IMG/VR virus record: IMGVR_UViG_3300033069_001718
Location: 1 to 61,527 of that record
DNA: 61,527 nucleotides
Strand: one strand, 5' to 3'
Source: a virus
The notes beneath the pieces were generated by a model. That model searched no databases. It worked only from the letters and a program-made list of their open reading frames with translations, and was not told the DNA's origin. Positions within the stretch are counted from its first letter, which is position 1; the number at the start of each line of letters is the position of its first letter. Of the stretch, positions 10,688 to 20,972 are shown in pieces. The position numbers and the translations under genes were made by a program.

Positions 10688-11518
10688 TTAAAATCGTTTT
10701 TTCCACACTGCGGGACTCTTTTTCCAATTCGAAACATCCAACAATAACTGATCGGCTTGTAGGGGTTTGGAATATTTTTCAATATAGATCGGGTAGTCGT
10801 CCTGAAACTGAGCGGCGACGATTGGGCCATGATCCCCAACATTAGGGTTGGGTTGGCAGTCGCAGTTCAACATTGGATAATCACTCATAACTACTTTTGC
10901 GCCCAAGGCTTGCGCTCGGACGGCCATATCCGCATGACCCGTTGGACACGCTTGATACTTACAATCCCAGGCTCCCAACTTATCAAAAAATTCACGATAT
11001 AAAATCGCCACGTTAAAAATCCACCAGTCAGGATGAATATACGGCGACGGAGGATAGGCTCGGACAAGTTTATAATAGCTATCATCGGCACCTCCATGCC
11101 GCGGGTCAGTCCCAGATCGGTTTTCGCCTTCAAGGTATCTAGCCACGACAACGTTTTGTACATCATATGGCATGGCATATAGTGTATCAATGTTTTTGTC
11201 CAACGCATCTTTAATAAACCAACCGTCGTCGGAAGTCCACATAACCAATTTCCCCTCACACAACTCTGCTCCAATATTTGAAGCGCGCATGGGAGAACCA
11301 AAATCCTTCACATACTTTACATTTTTTTGTTCTTGGAGAAATTTGGTTAAGGGGTAAGGGCCAACTACGATAAGTTCAAAGGAACGTTGGGTAGAATCCA
11401 ATATGGTTTTGTACACATCATCCCATTTATCCTGACGGATCGCCGGCATTATAATAGATACTTCCGGTTTTTCAACGGTGTTTAAAGAACTGACTAGAGT
11501 ATATTTGTATTCGCTCAT
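10688..11518 (-). CDS. glycosyltransferase family 2-like
   Basis: VSIIMPAIRQ N-terminus. Paralogous to the neighbouring GT2-like genes. Confidence 0.55.
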   Translation of the reverse strand: MSEYKYTLVSSLNTVEKPEVSIIMPAIRQDKWDDVYKTILDSTQRSFELIVVGPYPLTKFLQEQKNVKYVKDFGSPMRASNIGAELCEGKLVMWTSDDGWFIKDALDKNIDTLYAMPYDVQNVVVARYLEGENRSGTDPRHGGADDSYYKLVRAYPPSPYIHPDWWIFNVAILYREFFDKLGAWDCKYQACPTGHADMAVRAQALGAKVVMSDYPMLNCDCQPNPNVGDHGPIVAAQFQDDYPIYIEKYSKPLQADQLLLDVSNWKKSPAVWKKRF

Positions 11519-11521
11519 AAA

Positions 11522-12478
11522 TTAGGTGTTAAGATTACCGACCGCTATTTCAAGATTTTTATACCACCGCAGATATTCAGGAGTTCCAGGCATAGGAGCC
11601 ATGTCTGGAGTTAGTTCCGTTCGTATCTTATAGGTTTCATATTCTTTTCCTGTAATAGGAATTGGATATTTAAAGAACCGACGATCCCACACATCTGGTT
11701 GATTTTTCCAATTAGAATAGTTTAAAGTCTTTCGTTTGGTAGCCGCCGCTGGGTCTTGGTAAATTTGATTGAATAGTATCGTATCCACGCCCAATGTGGC
11801 GTCATGAACAGGTCCGTGATCTACTAGATGGCCGGAGTAATGCGTAAACACGGCGGCGACCTTTTCAAAATCGGTGACCTTGCCACCATCGGCTTGAACT
11901 CTAAAAATCATATCATGAATGGCATGATTGGAATACTCCCAACGACAATCAAATCCGCCTAGTTCCAGAAAATAATCCAATTTCATAAAAAAATGAAGTG
12001 AGATTCTCCACTCAGGTTTTATTCCGGGTTGTTGTAAGTCGGGCCAAAAACCGGCACGCCACAACTCAGAGTTATACGGTACGGGATTTACTTCAATGGG
12101 GTTTAAAGTATTCATATCCAACACATGTTTCCCTTCCACGTAAACCATGTTAATGACATCTTTTGGCCCCATAGTTTTGCGATGTAATTCAATCGCTTCG
12201 TCAATGACATCTTCCAACAGAAACCCGTCGTCGGTGATGTTGTAAAGAAACTCACCGTTACATAACTGGATGGCTAATTGTTTAGCCACGGTGGGCGCCG
12301 CGTGGGTTTTTATGACTTTGATATTAGGCATTCGTTTTACATCTTCAGGAACATCAAAGGGTGTGGGGATAACAATTTCCCAGGAATGTTTCTTACAGGC
12401 GGATTGAACCGATGCGCAGAAAGTTTCTAAAAAATGGGGCCGAATACTTGGGAGAATTATAGATACGTCTTTTTTCAT
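11522..12478 (-). CDS. glycosyltransferase family 2-like
   Basis: VSIILPSIRP N-terminus. Shares a conserved C-terminal region (GGxDCRWE, AxHD) with the 9914 and 10688 paralogs. Confidence 0.55.
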   Translation of the reverse strand: MKKDVSIILPSIRPHFLETFCASVQSACKKHSWEIVIPTPFDVPEDVKRMPNIKVIKTHAAPTVAKQLAIQLCNGEFLYNITDDGFLLEDVIDEAIELHRKTMGPKDVINMVYVEGKHVLDMNTLNPIEVNPVPYNSELWRAGFWPDLQQPGIKPEWRISLHFFMKLDYFLELGGFDCRWEYSNHAIHDMIFRVQADGGKVTDFEKVAAVFTHYSGHLVDHGPVHDATLGVDTILFNQIYQDPAAATKRKTLNYSNWKNQPDVWDRRFFKYPIPITGKEYETYKIRTELTPDMAPMPGTPEYLRWYKNLEIAVGNLNT

Positions 12479-13644
12479 ATTTGGTTTAGCAACGTGGTTA
12501 GCTCATTAATCTTTTCCTTTTCCAGTTCTGGATAGTTTCCGATATACCAGCCAAAATGATGGACGTGATCCGCATTGGGGAATTTTTTATAGGCTTCGTT
12601 GTAAATCCCCCGAAGATAAGGTTGACGGAGCTGATTGCCGCCTCCGGACATACCCCGGCGGAATTCTATACTATTTTGGTTCAAACAGATTTCAACCTTG
12701 TCGCGTGTGGCGAAATCCTTGTCCCGCAACATAAGGGTGAAGGCATAATTACTATTTCCAATCCGGTTAAAATCGGTGTAGAATTTTTTCGCATCCAAAC
12801 CATCCAAGAATACATCAAGATTTTCTTTCCTACGGAGATTGTTTTCGTCAAGGCGGTCTAGTTGGTTCAAAGCCATTACCGCATTAATCTCCGTTGACCG
12901 CATATTATAGGCAGGCGCCACGAAAATAAAATCCTTGTTTAAATCTGGAAAGTCTTTAAAAATAGTCTCCTTTAATTGATCATCGGTACTCTCACGCAAC
13001 ATGCCATGCGAACGAAACATCCGCACGGTCTGATAGATCAAATCGTCATCGGTACAAATCATCCCACCTTCAATGCTGGTCATATGATGCGCATAATAAA
13101 ATGAAAAATTGGAAATCAAACCGAAGCTGCCTGCTTTTTTCCCATTAAAAGTTGCGCCGTGGGATTCACAAACATCCTCAACCAACATTAACTTGTTCTG
13201 TTCGCATAGATCAAGAATACCTTGCGTCAAACCGTTATAACCCAGCACATGGGTCAGGAACACGGCTCGAGCATCCTTAGAACACTTCTCCAGTTCTTTT
13301 TCATCTAAAGCAAGAGTTTTAAGGTTGATGTCACAGAACACAGGTTTTAATTCCGATTGAAGCACCGATGCGATATCTGATACCCACGTCAACGGTGGCA
13401 CAATAACTTTGCTGTTTTGTGGCAGGGATAAAAACCGTAAGACGCTCATCGTCAAAAGATTGGCGGCCGAACCAGAGTTTAAAAATACGGAATGTTTTTT
13501 ACCCACCCACGCCGACCAACGTTTTTCAAATTCTACCACTTTTTTACTGTTGGTAAGAATGGGCATCGGTTCTTGGTTCAAGAATTCTACGATCTTATTC
13601 AAATCGTTCCGGGTAATATTATTGTTCATCAAAGGCCATTTCAT
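12475..13644 (-). CDS. DegT/DnrJ/EryC1-family PLP enzyme, probable NDP-4-keto-6-deoxyhexose 3-dehydratase (ColD / E1-like)
   Basis: DegT-like fold (SGSAANLL, HVLGYNG, EDVCESHGA). The PLP-lysine position reads FYYAHHMTSIEGG, with His in place of Lys, as in ColD/E1 dehydratases. Start placed at the ATGA-coupled ATG. The track start is TTG. Confidence 0.55.
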   Translation of the reverse strand: MKWPLMNNNITRNDLNKIVEFLNQEPMPILTNSKKVVEFEKRWSAWVGKKHSVFLNSGSAANLLTMSVLRFLSLPQNSKVIVPPLTWVSDIASVLQSELKPVFCDINLKTLALDEKELEKCSKDARAVFLTHVLGYNGLTQGILDLCEQNKLMLVEDVCESHGATFNGKKAGSFGLISNFSFYYAHHMTSIEGGMICTDDDLIYQTVRMFRSHGMLRESTDDQLKETIFKDFPDLNKDFIFVAPAYNMRSTEINAVMALNQLDRLDENNLRRKENLDVFLDGLDAKKFYTDFNRIGNSNYAFTLMLRDKDFATRDKVEICLNQNSIEFRRGMSGGGNQLRQPYLRGIYNEAYKKFPNADHVHHFGWYIGNYPELEKEKINELTTLLNQI

Positions 13645-14600
13645 AGTAATTCTGCTTTCATCCAATCGTATGTTTTTTGGATTCCGGTAATAAGGTTTAC
13701 TTTGGGTTCCCAACTAAGGACATTTTTAGCCTTCGATACATCAACCCGCCTCACTGGAATCATTTGCGGCCCAGTGGGGATTAGTTTATATGGGGTTATG
13801 ACTCCAGATACAGATTGAATCATCTGTAAGAGTTCCAGGACGGTAAACGACGAACCATAACCAATATTGAATTGGTTGAACCCATCTATTTTCTCTGCGG
13901 CCAGGAGCATCGCATCAACCATATCATCCACATATAACACGTCTCTAACATCTTGTCCGGTCCCCCACACCTCCACGGGATTCTGACCTTCAATAACTTT
14001 GCGAATTAGGGAGGCGAGAACGTGGGAACGCTTAGGGTCAATCTTATCATTCGGACCGTAGATATTAGACGGTCGGAGGGTAATACATGTCATTGGGTCT
14101 TTGACTTTGGTGGAATATAACTCACACAACTTTTCGGTGTATCGCTTCATCCAACCAACGGCGAAGTATTTATCAAAAGGGTCACCAACGAACATTTCTT
14201 CTTCGGTCATTGGTTGGGCACCTTCCGGATATCCGGTCGTGCTCGCCAACCATATGAATTTTTTAACTTTATTACGATAACAGGCATCAAGAAGATTTAT
14301 GTTCATGATGGTGTTATCCTTTGACATTGCCGTTGGTGATTCTAAATGGGTTGCTGCGCCGGAGCTATTCGCCGCGCAATGGAAAACAACGTCGGTATCC
14401 TTTGTTATTTCATCGCAGAATTTCTGGTCTAGCAAATCTCCCGCCTTGGATCTTAAACACACATTCAAATTTTTTATTGGATTCTTATGATGCGTGGTCA
14501 GTAAACTACATTGATAATTTTTTATTATCGTTCGGCTTAGATTAGAACCGATCAATCCAGAGGCTCCGGTGATCAATATGTTTTTTCCGTTTAAAGTCAT
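13641..14600 (-). CDS. NAD-dependent epimerase/dehydratase (SDR)
   Basis: ILITGASGLIGSNL Rossmann motif. 319 aa. Confidence 0.7.
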   Translation of the reverse strand: MTLNGKNILITGASGLIGSNLSRTIIKNYQCSLLTTHHKNPIKNLNVCLRSKAGDLLDQKFCDEITKDTDVVFHCAANSSGAATHLESPTAMSKDNTIMNINLLDACYRNKVKKFIWLASTTGYPEGAQPMTEEEMFVGDPFDKYFAVGWMKRYTEKLCELYSTKVKDPMTCITLRPSNIYGPNDKIDPKRSHVLASLIRKVIEGQNPVEVWGTGQDVRDVLYVDDMVDAMLLAAEKIDGFNQFNIGYGSSFTVLELLQMIQSVSGVITPYKLIPTGPQMIPVRRVDVSKAKNVLSWEPKVNLITGIQKTYDWMKAELL

Positions 14601-15508
14601 AACTTTTCTTCCGTATAAATATCCAGTAAACGTTTTTGTTCAGAATCTGTCAAAAGGGGGAGATTTTGAGCTTCAATATTCTCACTAACTTCAGTTCTTA
14701 GTTTCATTCCAGGAATTATAGTACAAACGGATGGATTAGACAAACAAAATCTTAAACAATTTTGCGCATCGGAATATTTATTAGGATCCAATGAACCTAG
14801 CATTTTTTTATAGATCTGAGTCATTTTAGAGACGCGTTCCTGAGACCAATTATTTCTGCGGTCGGCTGTATCGTCATTAAATTTAAAACAACCGGTGAGA
14901 ATTCCCTGACCAAGCGGCGTGCGGATAACTGTTTTAACTCCCTTCTTGACACACAAATCAAAAAGGCCCGACGTTTCCGCCCGGCGGTCCAGTAAATTGT
15001 AATTTACTTCAATGACTTCAAACCCATATTCATTTATGGCAATAAATCCATCCTCTGGATTTTTTAGAGAAATACCTTTTCTTTTTATCAGTCCACTATC
15101 TTTCATTGTGTCCAGATACCAAAGGAGATGACAATCTTTTAAAACTTCTATGTCCGGACTATGTAACATATACACGTCAACGAAATCGGTTTTCAATCGT
15201 GCCAAGCTTTGGGTAAGAGATTTGGCCAAATGGGTAATGGAAAAGTCCTGTTTACCGTCGTTGGAAATCATACCCCCCTTGGTAATGAGGACGATATCAT
15301 TTCGCACTTTATGAAACAAGTCCCCTAACAACGATTCGGTATAACCGTAACCATAAAAATCTGCCGTATCAAAGACATTTATACCCTGGGCAAACGCATA
15401 CATTAAAGCTTTAATCGAATCCGTCTCATTTACTTTTCCGTAAGAGATTGAACCATTGACATCACCGACTAATGGCCATGTCCCATAACCTATTTTATTC
15501 CATATCAT
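14597..15508 (-). CDS. aldo/keto reductase family oxidoreductase
   Basis: N-terminal GYGTW...GINVFDTADFYG is AKR-like. Confidence 0.6.
   Translation of the reverse strand: MIWNKIGYGTWPLVGDVNGSISYGKVNETDSIKALMYAFAQGINVFDTADFYGYGYTESLLGDLFHKVRNDIVLITKGGMISNDGKQDFSITHLAKSLTQSLARLKTDFVDVYMLHSPDIEVLKDCHLLWYLDTMKDSGLIKRKGISLKNPEDGFIAINEYGFEVIEVNYNLLDRRAETSGLFDLCVKKGVKTVIRTPLGQGILTGCFKFNDDTADRRNNWSQERVSKMTQIYKKMLGSLDPNKYSDAQNCLRFCLSNPSVCTIIPGMKLRTEVSENIEAQNLPLLTDSEQKRLLDIYTEEKL
14601..14624 (-). promoter_or_regulatory. same motif on the minus strand upstream of the SDR gene 13641..14600
   Basis: Minus-strand reading: ggATATTTATAcggaagaaaagttATGACT. The motif lies inside the 3-prime end of the upstream AKR gene. 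Confidence 0.35.
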
Positions 15509-15510
15509 AA

Positions 15511-17493
15511 TTAAAAATGTCCCTGTAAGATATATTCTGATTCCCAGTTGCCATACAGATATGCGCCTTTTTTATTGCCGTACCAAACCACTTCCTTGAA
15601 CCACTGCGGCCAGTTGGTATATGTGGTTTTAGACCGTTCGATTTTGTACTTGGTGGAAACCTTCTCCAGCTCCTTCGAATCTGACTCTAACGCAGCGCGG
15701 TAAAACTTCATAATATCATAATTAAGAGTAATGTCAATATCATCATTGACGAATGGGAGTTTTAATAATTGCCGATTTAACTTAAAAGCATCGTCAAGCG
15801 CGGCTAAGTCTGCGTTTTGACCGGTATTTTTCAATAGGGCTAAAAGTAAGTTCTGGGCTTCCTTATAAAACTGATCAACTTTGTTTTCGACCACCAATTT
15901 TATATAGGAGTATTCGTCTGCGGGCCACCAGATATTCAACCATTCTTTAGCTTCACAATATTCCGCGCCTCCGGTTTGAATATCCAACGCTTTGGCGACA
16001 AAAAATTCCCTAATCTCATTGATTACCGGATAGTTTTTCGTATAATTTTCATCCATAAACGCAGAGAAAATGTCCTTGTAACTAATTCCTGATTGTTTGT
16101 GAAACAGGATGATGGGTATTTGCATGATCTTATCGAAGTGAAGCAACGCGGTCATCCAACAATAAGCTCTAGTTTTTAACCAATCATTCTTTGGCATAGA
16201 ATCCGTCCCCACGACAAGAACCTGTTTTTCACGAATGGAAAGGTCATCTTTTTCTTCATCCAATGAACCGTGGAAATTGATAATATCAGTTGTCACCATC
16301 TTCATACCAAATTTCTTTTGATATTCCGGATTACCCATTTCTGCGTTAGGTAGGATGGAGAGATTATTAAACTGAATGCGATTGTGTTGTCCGTTACGCA
16401 TGATCTGATCAATTCCACTTATGAATGAATCGTAAGTTTCTCCGGGCATGGCTAGAATCATATCGGAATAAGTTTCCACTTTATCCCGCATAAACCGGCG
16501 TTGTAGTTCTTGATAGGAGGCGAGTGAAATATTGTCCCGCCGGATATTGGTAAGGGTTGTTTTATCCATCGACTGAACCGAAAGCGTCACGCCTTTATTC
16601 AACCCCGCATCGGACAGCATTTTTTGAATTTCGTAGGATCGATCCGTCGCATTCTTGGTATTTTGAACAGAGAGGGCTTTAGGGTAGCCGGTTTTCGTTT
16701 TGACATCGACGATGTATTTGGTGATATCGATGTCCCGAACAAGAATGCCGTAATTCGCATCACAACAGAAGACAAATTCCACTTTATGCCCCGCGAACCA
16801 ATCTACTTCCCTGAACAATCGTTGCTCTTCAAATTTGCTGATTTTGACCTGAATCGCCGAACCCCAGTCACAATAAGCGCATTGGAATGGACACCCACGA
16901 TTGGTTTCCCATAACCCCAACCATTGTTCTCCTGGGTTTTTTAGGATGATGGAATCAAACGCGCCGTTTAGATAGGGCGATGGCAATTCATCTAAAGTCT
17001 TGAATCGGCCAACTTTCGGGTTGTTAACAAACTTTCCTTCATGGATATATGATATTCCCGGAACATCCTTCCACGTCTGTTTCAAATCTCCAGTGTAGTT
17101 TTGGAGGATGAGAGTAAAAACATGTTCCCCCTCTCCGTGGACAGCTAGGTCAATGAACGGGTGTTTAGGCAACCACGCCTCCGCCTTATCCGGAACTTGG
17201 GGGCCTCCAAAAATAATAAGACATTTTGGATTTAACTTTTTTAGTTCGGCCGCAATTTTAAGCGAAATTCTTTCATTCCAGACATAGGTGCTAAAACCAA
17301 CGATATCACAATATTTGAGGTGTTCAACCGCAACGTGAACTGGAACACGTTTATAGATCGGGTCAATGAATTCATACTCTGATACTTTGGGGCAGTGCGC
17401 ATGCGCATATACCTGAATTAATCCCGCAGCGTAGGGAAAATAACTCTGGCCGGAAAAACTTGTATTAATTTGGACGAGTCCAACTTTTTTCAT
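15511..17493 (-). CDS. B12-binding radical SAM enzyme
   Basis: WETNRGCPFQCAYCDWGS. N-terminal LIIFGGPQV. Paralog of 7969..9921. Confidence 0.75.
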   Translation of the reverse strand: MKKVGLVQINTSFSGQSYFPYAAGLIQVYAHAHCPKVSEYEFIDPIYKRVPVHVAVEHLKYCDIVGFSTYVWNERISLKIAAELKKLNPKCLIIFGGPQVPDKAEAWLPKHPFIDLAVHGEGEHVFTLILQNYTGDLKQTWKDVPGISYIHEGKFVNNPKVGRFKTLDELPSPYLNGAFDSIILKNPGEQWLGLWETNRGCPFQCAYCDWGSAIQVKISKFEEQRLFREVDWFAGHKVEFVFCCDANYGILVRDIDITKYIVDVKTKTGYPKALSVQNTKNATDRSYEIQKMLSDAGLNKGVTLSVQSMDKTTLTNIRRDNISLASYQELQRRFMRDKVETYSDMILAMPGETYDSFISGIDQIMRNGQHNRIQFNNLSILPNAEMGNPEYQKKFGMKMVTTDIINFHGSLDEEKDDLSIREKQVLVVGTDSMPKNDWLKTRAYCWMTALLHFDKIMQIPIILFHKQSGISYKDIFSAFMDENYTKNYPVINEIREFFVAKALDIQTGGAEYCEAKEWLNIWWPADEYSYIKLVVENKVDQFYKEAQNLLLALLKNTGQNADLAALDDAFKLNRQLLKLPFVNDDIDITLNYDIMKFYRAALESDSKELEKVSTKYKIERSKTTYTNWPQWFKEVVWYGNKKGAYLYGNWESEYILQGHF

Positions 17494-18488
17494 ATTTCAA
17501 TTACACTCTCAATGTGATTCAACCATTTTTTTGTATCGCAGTGATAACTGGCCCGACACAAATTCATTGCTTGTTTTGAAATGCTATCACACACCGTTGG
17601 ATTTGTATAGATAATTTCAGCCAAATTTCTCGCATCGTATATATTATTTACATCTACTGACAAATCTGGAAAAAAGGTTAACTGCGTATCGACATCCCGG
17701 TTTCCAATACACGGAATTCCAAAGTATGCGCAATTTAAACTAAAAGTACCTGCGGCAACCGTGGGCATTAAATGGACGGCGTATTTGAATGTGGCTAACG
17801 TCGTCATCCAATCTTTCCATATGAGCCGTGGTAGATGTTTCAGATCAGGAATCTGTTCTTCTCCAGGTTGTTGACAATGTGAGTTCTGCGTCCACTTCTC
17901 ACAATTCTGAAAAACATCAGCGATGATGTAGCTTTGGAAGCCACCATACCAACGACAAAAATTTCCCCCAATCATTATTTTACTTTCTTTTGTTGGGGAG
18001 ACGTGTCTAACAAGAGAATCGACCATCAAAGTTGGGATATTTGACACTTTAACACTGGGAAACATCCCCTGATAAAACAACCTATCCGATTTATTGTGTG
18101 CGAAAATAACATCACATTGAGCTAATTGGTTATAAAAATGAAATTGATTATTGAGGGTGTAATCATTGAAAAACCAGTTGGGGCCTTCTTGAATATAACA
18201 AACCTTTTTATTGTTCTTTTTAAGCGTCTCTATAATGGGCAGGGCGTAGATGGCCATGTCCTTGTCTGGAAGGTTTAATTGTAATTCCAAACCGACTGAA
18301 TTAAGCCGGGTTAAGCCCTTGGGTAGGATAACGAACACCGCATCATAACCTTTTACTTGTTCGAATTGGAATATATTGTAATGGTAAGAATTCAAGGTTA
18401 ACTGCCAAGCAATTTCGGTACGCGCATTGGGGTGATCAGGAGGCAAAAAGCCCGAATAATTGGTTTCTGTGAGGAAAGCTGATTTCAT
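17490..18488 (-). CDS. hypothetical protein (possible glycosyltransferase)
   Basis: Start moved to the ATG (MKSAFL) that forms an ATGA overlap with the next gene. The track N-terminal extension looks non-coding. Confidence 0.4.
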   Translation of the reverse strand: MKSAFLTETNYSGFLPPDHPNARTEIAWQLTLNSYHYNIFQFEQVKGYDAVFVILPKGLTRLNSVGLELQLNLPDKDMAIYALPIIETLKKNNKKVCYIQEGPNWFFNDYTLNNQFHFYNQLAQCDVIFAHNKSDRLFYQGMFPSVKVSNIPTLMVDSLVRHVSPTKESKIMIGGNFCRWYGGFQSYIIADVFQNCEKWTQNSHCQQPGEEQIPDLKHLPRLIWKDWMTTLATFKYAVHLMPTVAAGTFSLNCAYFGIPCIGNRDVDTQLTFFPDLSVDVNNIYDARNLAEIIYTNPTVCDSISKQAMNLCRASYHCDTKKWLNHIESVIEI

Positions 18489-18934
18489 GATTTTTTCCGT
18501 CTCCACCACCAGGTACCAATGGCCGCTACGAAACCTATGATTATCAGAGAAGTATTGGGATACCAACACGCCAGCCGGAAAATGCCGGAGGGACAAAGGA
18601 GGGGGTAAACGACTTCGGATTTCCCCAACCAATTTAAATCCTGCCATATTCCAAAGAACGCACCAGGAAGCTGAACTGAATCAGCTGCGAGATTGCCTAC
18701 CGGAGTATCATTGTTGAACTGAACCAGATCCCAGTTTGTAACCATAGGAAACCACATGATAATGAACAACACGGATAGGATTAAAGCAGTCCACCCAAAC
18801 TCTTTTACCGATTCTCTCTCCGTTCGCATGGTGGTCCCCGCCATGTGTTGATTCCGTAAACAATATTGTTTTTGTTTTTTGTCGTATTCTTCACACTCCG
18901 TTAACCATTTATGATATCTAGCTTTTATGTTCAT
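18485..18934 (-). CDS. small integral membrane protein
   Basis: Two hydrophobic segments (ALILSVLFIIMWF, LIIIGFVAAIGTWWW). ATGA-coupled at both ends. Confidence 0.4.
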   Translation of the reverse strand: MNIKARYHKWLTECEEYDKKQKQYCLRNQHMAGTTMRTERESVKEFGWTALILSVLFIIMWFPMVTNWDLVQFNNDTPVGNLAADSVQLPGAFFGIWQDLNWLGKSEVVYPLLCPSGIFRLACWYPNTSLIIIGFVAAIGTWWWRRKKS

Positions 18935-19617
18935 TGTGTCTTTTTCCCAAATACATTGTGGCCTCTGTTTTCTTCTTGAGTAAACCACTCATTATATCGT
19001 TGATTGGTTTTAAGTTGGGTTTCAATAGTTTTATCATGGTATAACGCAAATTCTTCTTCCGCTGGCAACATAGAAAAGTTGGTAAACCCTTCAATTTTTT
19101 CGTGTAACCTTCTATCCCAACGAATCCGTCCGGGAGCATTGACAAAGATTCTAGGTTGATAATCAGGAAAATTTACGATGGGTCTTTTAAGAGAGGGCGA
19201 TTCAGTAAGCCGCCAACCCCATTGTTTAGCATGGGCTTCAGTAACGCCTTTAAAATCATTAATGCGTGGTACATAAATCAAATCCACCCCGGCATTTGAC
19301 TCTAATAAAGCGTGTAAATTTTCACCTAAAAGATAATCCGTTGGCAGCTCATCGCCATCAATTTGGAACACTACTTCGCCCCGACATTGTTCAGCGCCCC
19401 AGTTCTTGTGGGCTCCATAATTGCGTGAAAGTGAATGATATAGTATTCTGAATTTGCCAATATGTGGTTGTAATACTTTCTCAGTGTTTTCATTTTTGGT
19501 ATCATTGTCGACCACAATGACAACCTCATCAGCCCCATCAACAAACGACAATTTTTTTAATAGATTGTCAAGCGTAATAGTCTCTGTGCTGCAGGTCACA
19601 AGATAACTAATTTTCAT
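18931..19617 (-). CDS. glycosyltransferase family 2-like
   Basis: VVIVVDNDTKNE and QIDGDELP (DxD-like) motifs. Confidence 0.55.
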   Translation of the reverse strand: MKISYLVTCSTETITLDNLLKKLSFVDGADEVVIVVDNDTKNENTEKVLQPHIGKFRILYHSLSRNYGAHKNWGAEQCRGEVVFQIDGDELPTDYLLGENLHALLESNAGVDLIYVPRINDFKGVTEAHAKQWGWRLTESPSLKRPIVNFPDYQPRIFVNAPGRIRWDRRLHEKIEGFTNFSMLPAEEEFALYHDKTIETQLKTNQRYNEWFTQEENRGHNVFGKKTQ

Positions 19618-19628
19618 AACACACGAAG

Positions 19629-20969
19629 TTAGGCTAAACTTGGTGGATCAGTTTCCACCGGCTTTGAAAAACTTAGCTTTTTAAGTTTTGGTAATACGAT
19701 TGGTTGCGCAACTGAGAACTTGGGAACATATTTTTCCAATAAGCCATGGAACACTTTATCCATTGCTTGTTCCGAATACTCCTGGATATTTTCTACTCTT
19801 AGCTTTTCGGCTTTATCCAGATAGGAGTCATAGTTATATAATACATCCCACATTTTTTCTCCTGCTTTCTTGTAATCCACATAAAACCAGGCCGACTCCG
19901 CGATGATCCATTCATTGACGGAAGCTGGGGCCACCGGCTTCACCTCTCCGTCCAAGAGCACGGCGTATTTCGAATTTAAGAAATCCAATTGCCCGCTCCA
20001 GCGAGGCGCGAGCACAGGTTTTCCTGATAAAGTGGCTTGAAGGATCGGGTCGCCCTGCCCTTCGCCGTGGGTGAATGTCACAAAAGCTTTTACTTTTGGA
20101 TGATTATACAATGAATTCATTTCCTTGGTGGTCAACTCTCCATGAAGCAAATATACATTGGGGCAGTCTCCGCCAATGCCACTCCGGATCGCATGAATCT
20201 TAGCTATTAGATCATCCCGATCCATATTACAAATGGCTGCGCCGCTGGTTTTTAGAATCAAACAGGGTTTTTCCTTTATACCCACGAAGGTTTCAGAGAA
20301 AGTTTTAATTAGGTTGCCAATGTCCTTACGGTCATCAAACAAACCACCGTGTGTCCACTGACCAACAAAGAGAAAAGCAAATTTTTCAGGAATAGTACCC
20401 AATTCCTTCTCCACTTCCGGTTCAATGACATCAGTCTTGTAAAATCTATTCGTGTCAATACCCCAAAAAGAAACATCCAATGGTTTTTCCGCTTTGAGCA
20501 CAATGGATGGCGCGCCCGGCGGAGCATTTTGAACAGTCCGATTGTATTTAGCTGCCGCCAGGACATTTTTTACATGGTTGGAGAGGCAGAAATTAGCATT
20601 CATCCGGTTGACGCCTTCCAACCAATCCGCCCGGGGCGCGGTCGTTTCAATCCCCGCCGTCATGCCGATATTATATCGCGCCGGCGCTTGAAATTCGTTG
20701 GGAATCGTCATTTGAATGAATATGTCGGGTTGTGCGGTGAGGGGCTGACGCAAAATGCGTTTAATAGCTTCCCGTTCCAAATCATCTTCGGCACACGCTT
20801 CAAGATCGGCTAAGAGATGTTTTTTACTACAATGTCCCCACGGCGTTGGAACAATCGCTAATTCAAATTTATCATAACGGATTAGGCTTTTAGCGGTGGC
20901 GAGCGCCCAACCACCATAACCTGAACGGGTCCAGATGGGGGCTTGAAAAATACATATTGGTTTACTCAT
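19629..20969 (-). CDS. GT-B fold glycosyltransferase (GT4-like)
   Basis: C-terminal HGEGQGDPILQATLSGKPVLA resembles the GT4 EGFGLxxlEAmacGxPVIA region. Confidence 0.5.
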   Translation of the reverse strand: MSKPICIFQAPIWTRSGYGGWALATAKSLIRYDKFELAIVPTPWGHCSKKHLLADLEACAEDDLEREAIKRILRQPLTAQPDIFIQMTIPNEFQAPARYNIGMTAGIETTAPRADWLEGVNRMNANFCLSNHVKNVLAAAKYNRTVQNAPPGAPSIVLKAEKPLDVSFWGIDTNRFYKTDVIEPEVEKELGTIPEKFAFLFVGQWTHGGLFDDRKDIGNLIKTFSETFVGIKEKPCLILKTSGAAICNMDRDDLIAKIHAIRSGIGGDCPNVYLLHGELTTKEMNSLYNHPKVKAFVTFTHGEGQGDPILQATLSGKPVLAPRWSGQLDFLNSKYAVLLDGEVKPVAPASVNEWIIAESAWFYVDYKKAGEKMWDVLYNYDSYLDKAEKLRVENIQEYSEQAMDKVFHGLLEKYVPKFSVAQPIVLPKLKKLSFSKPVETDPPSLA

Positions 20970-20972
20970 AGT

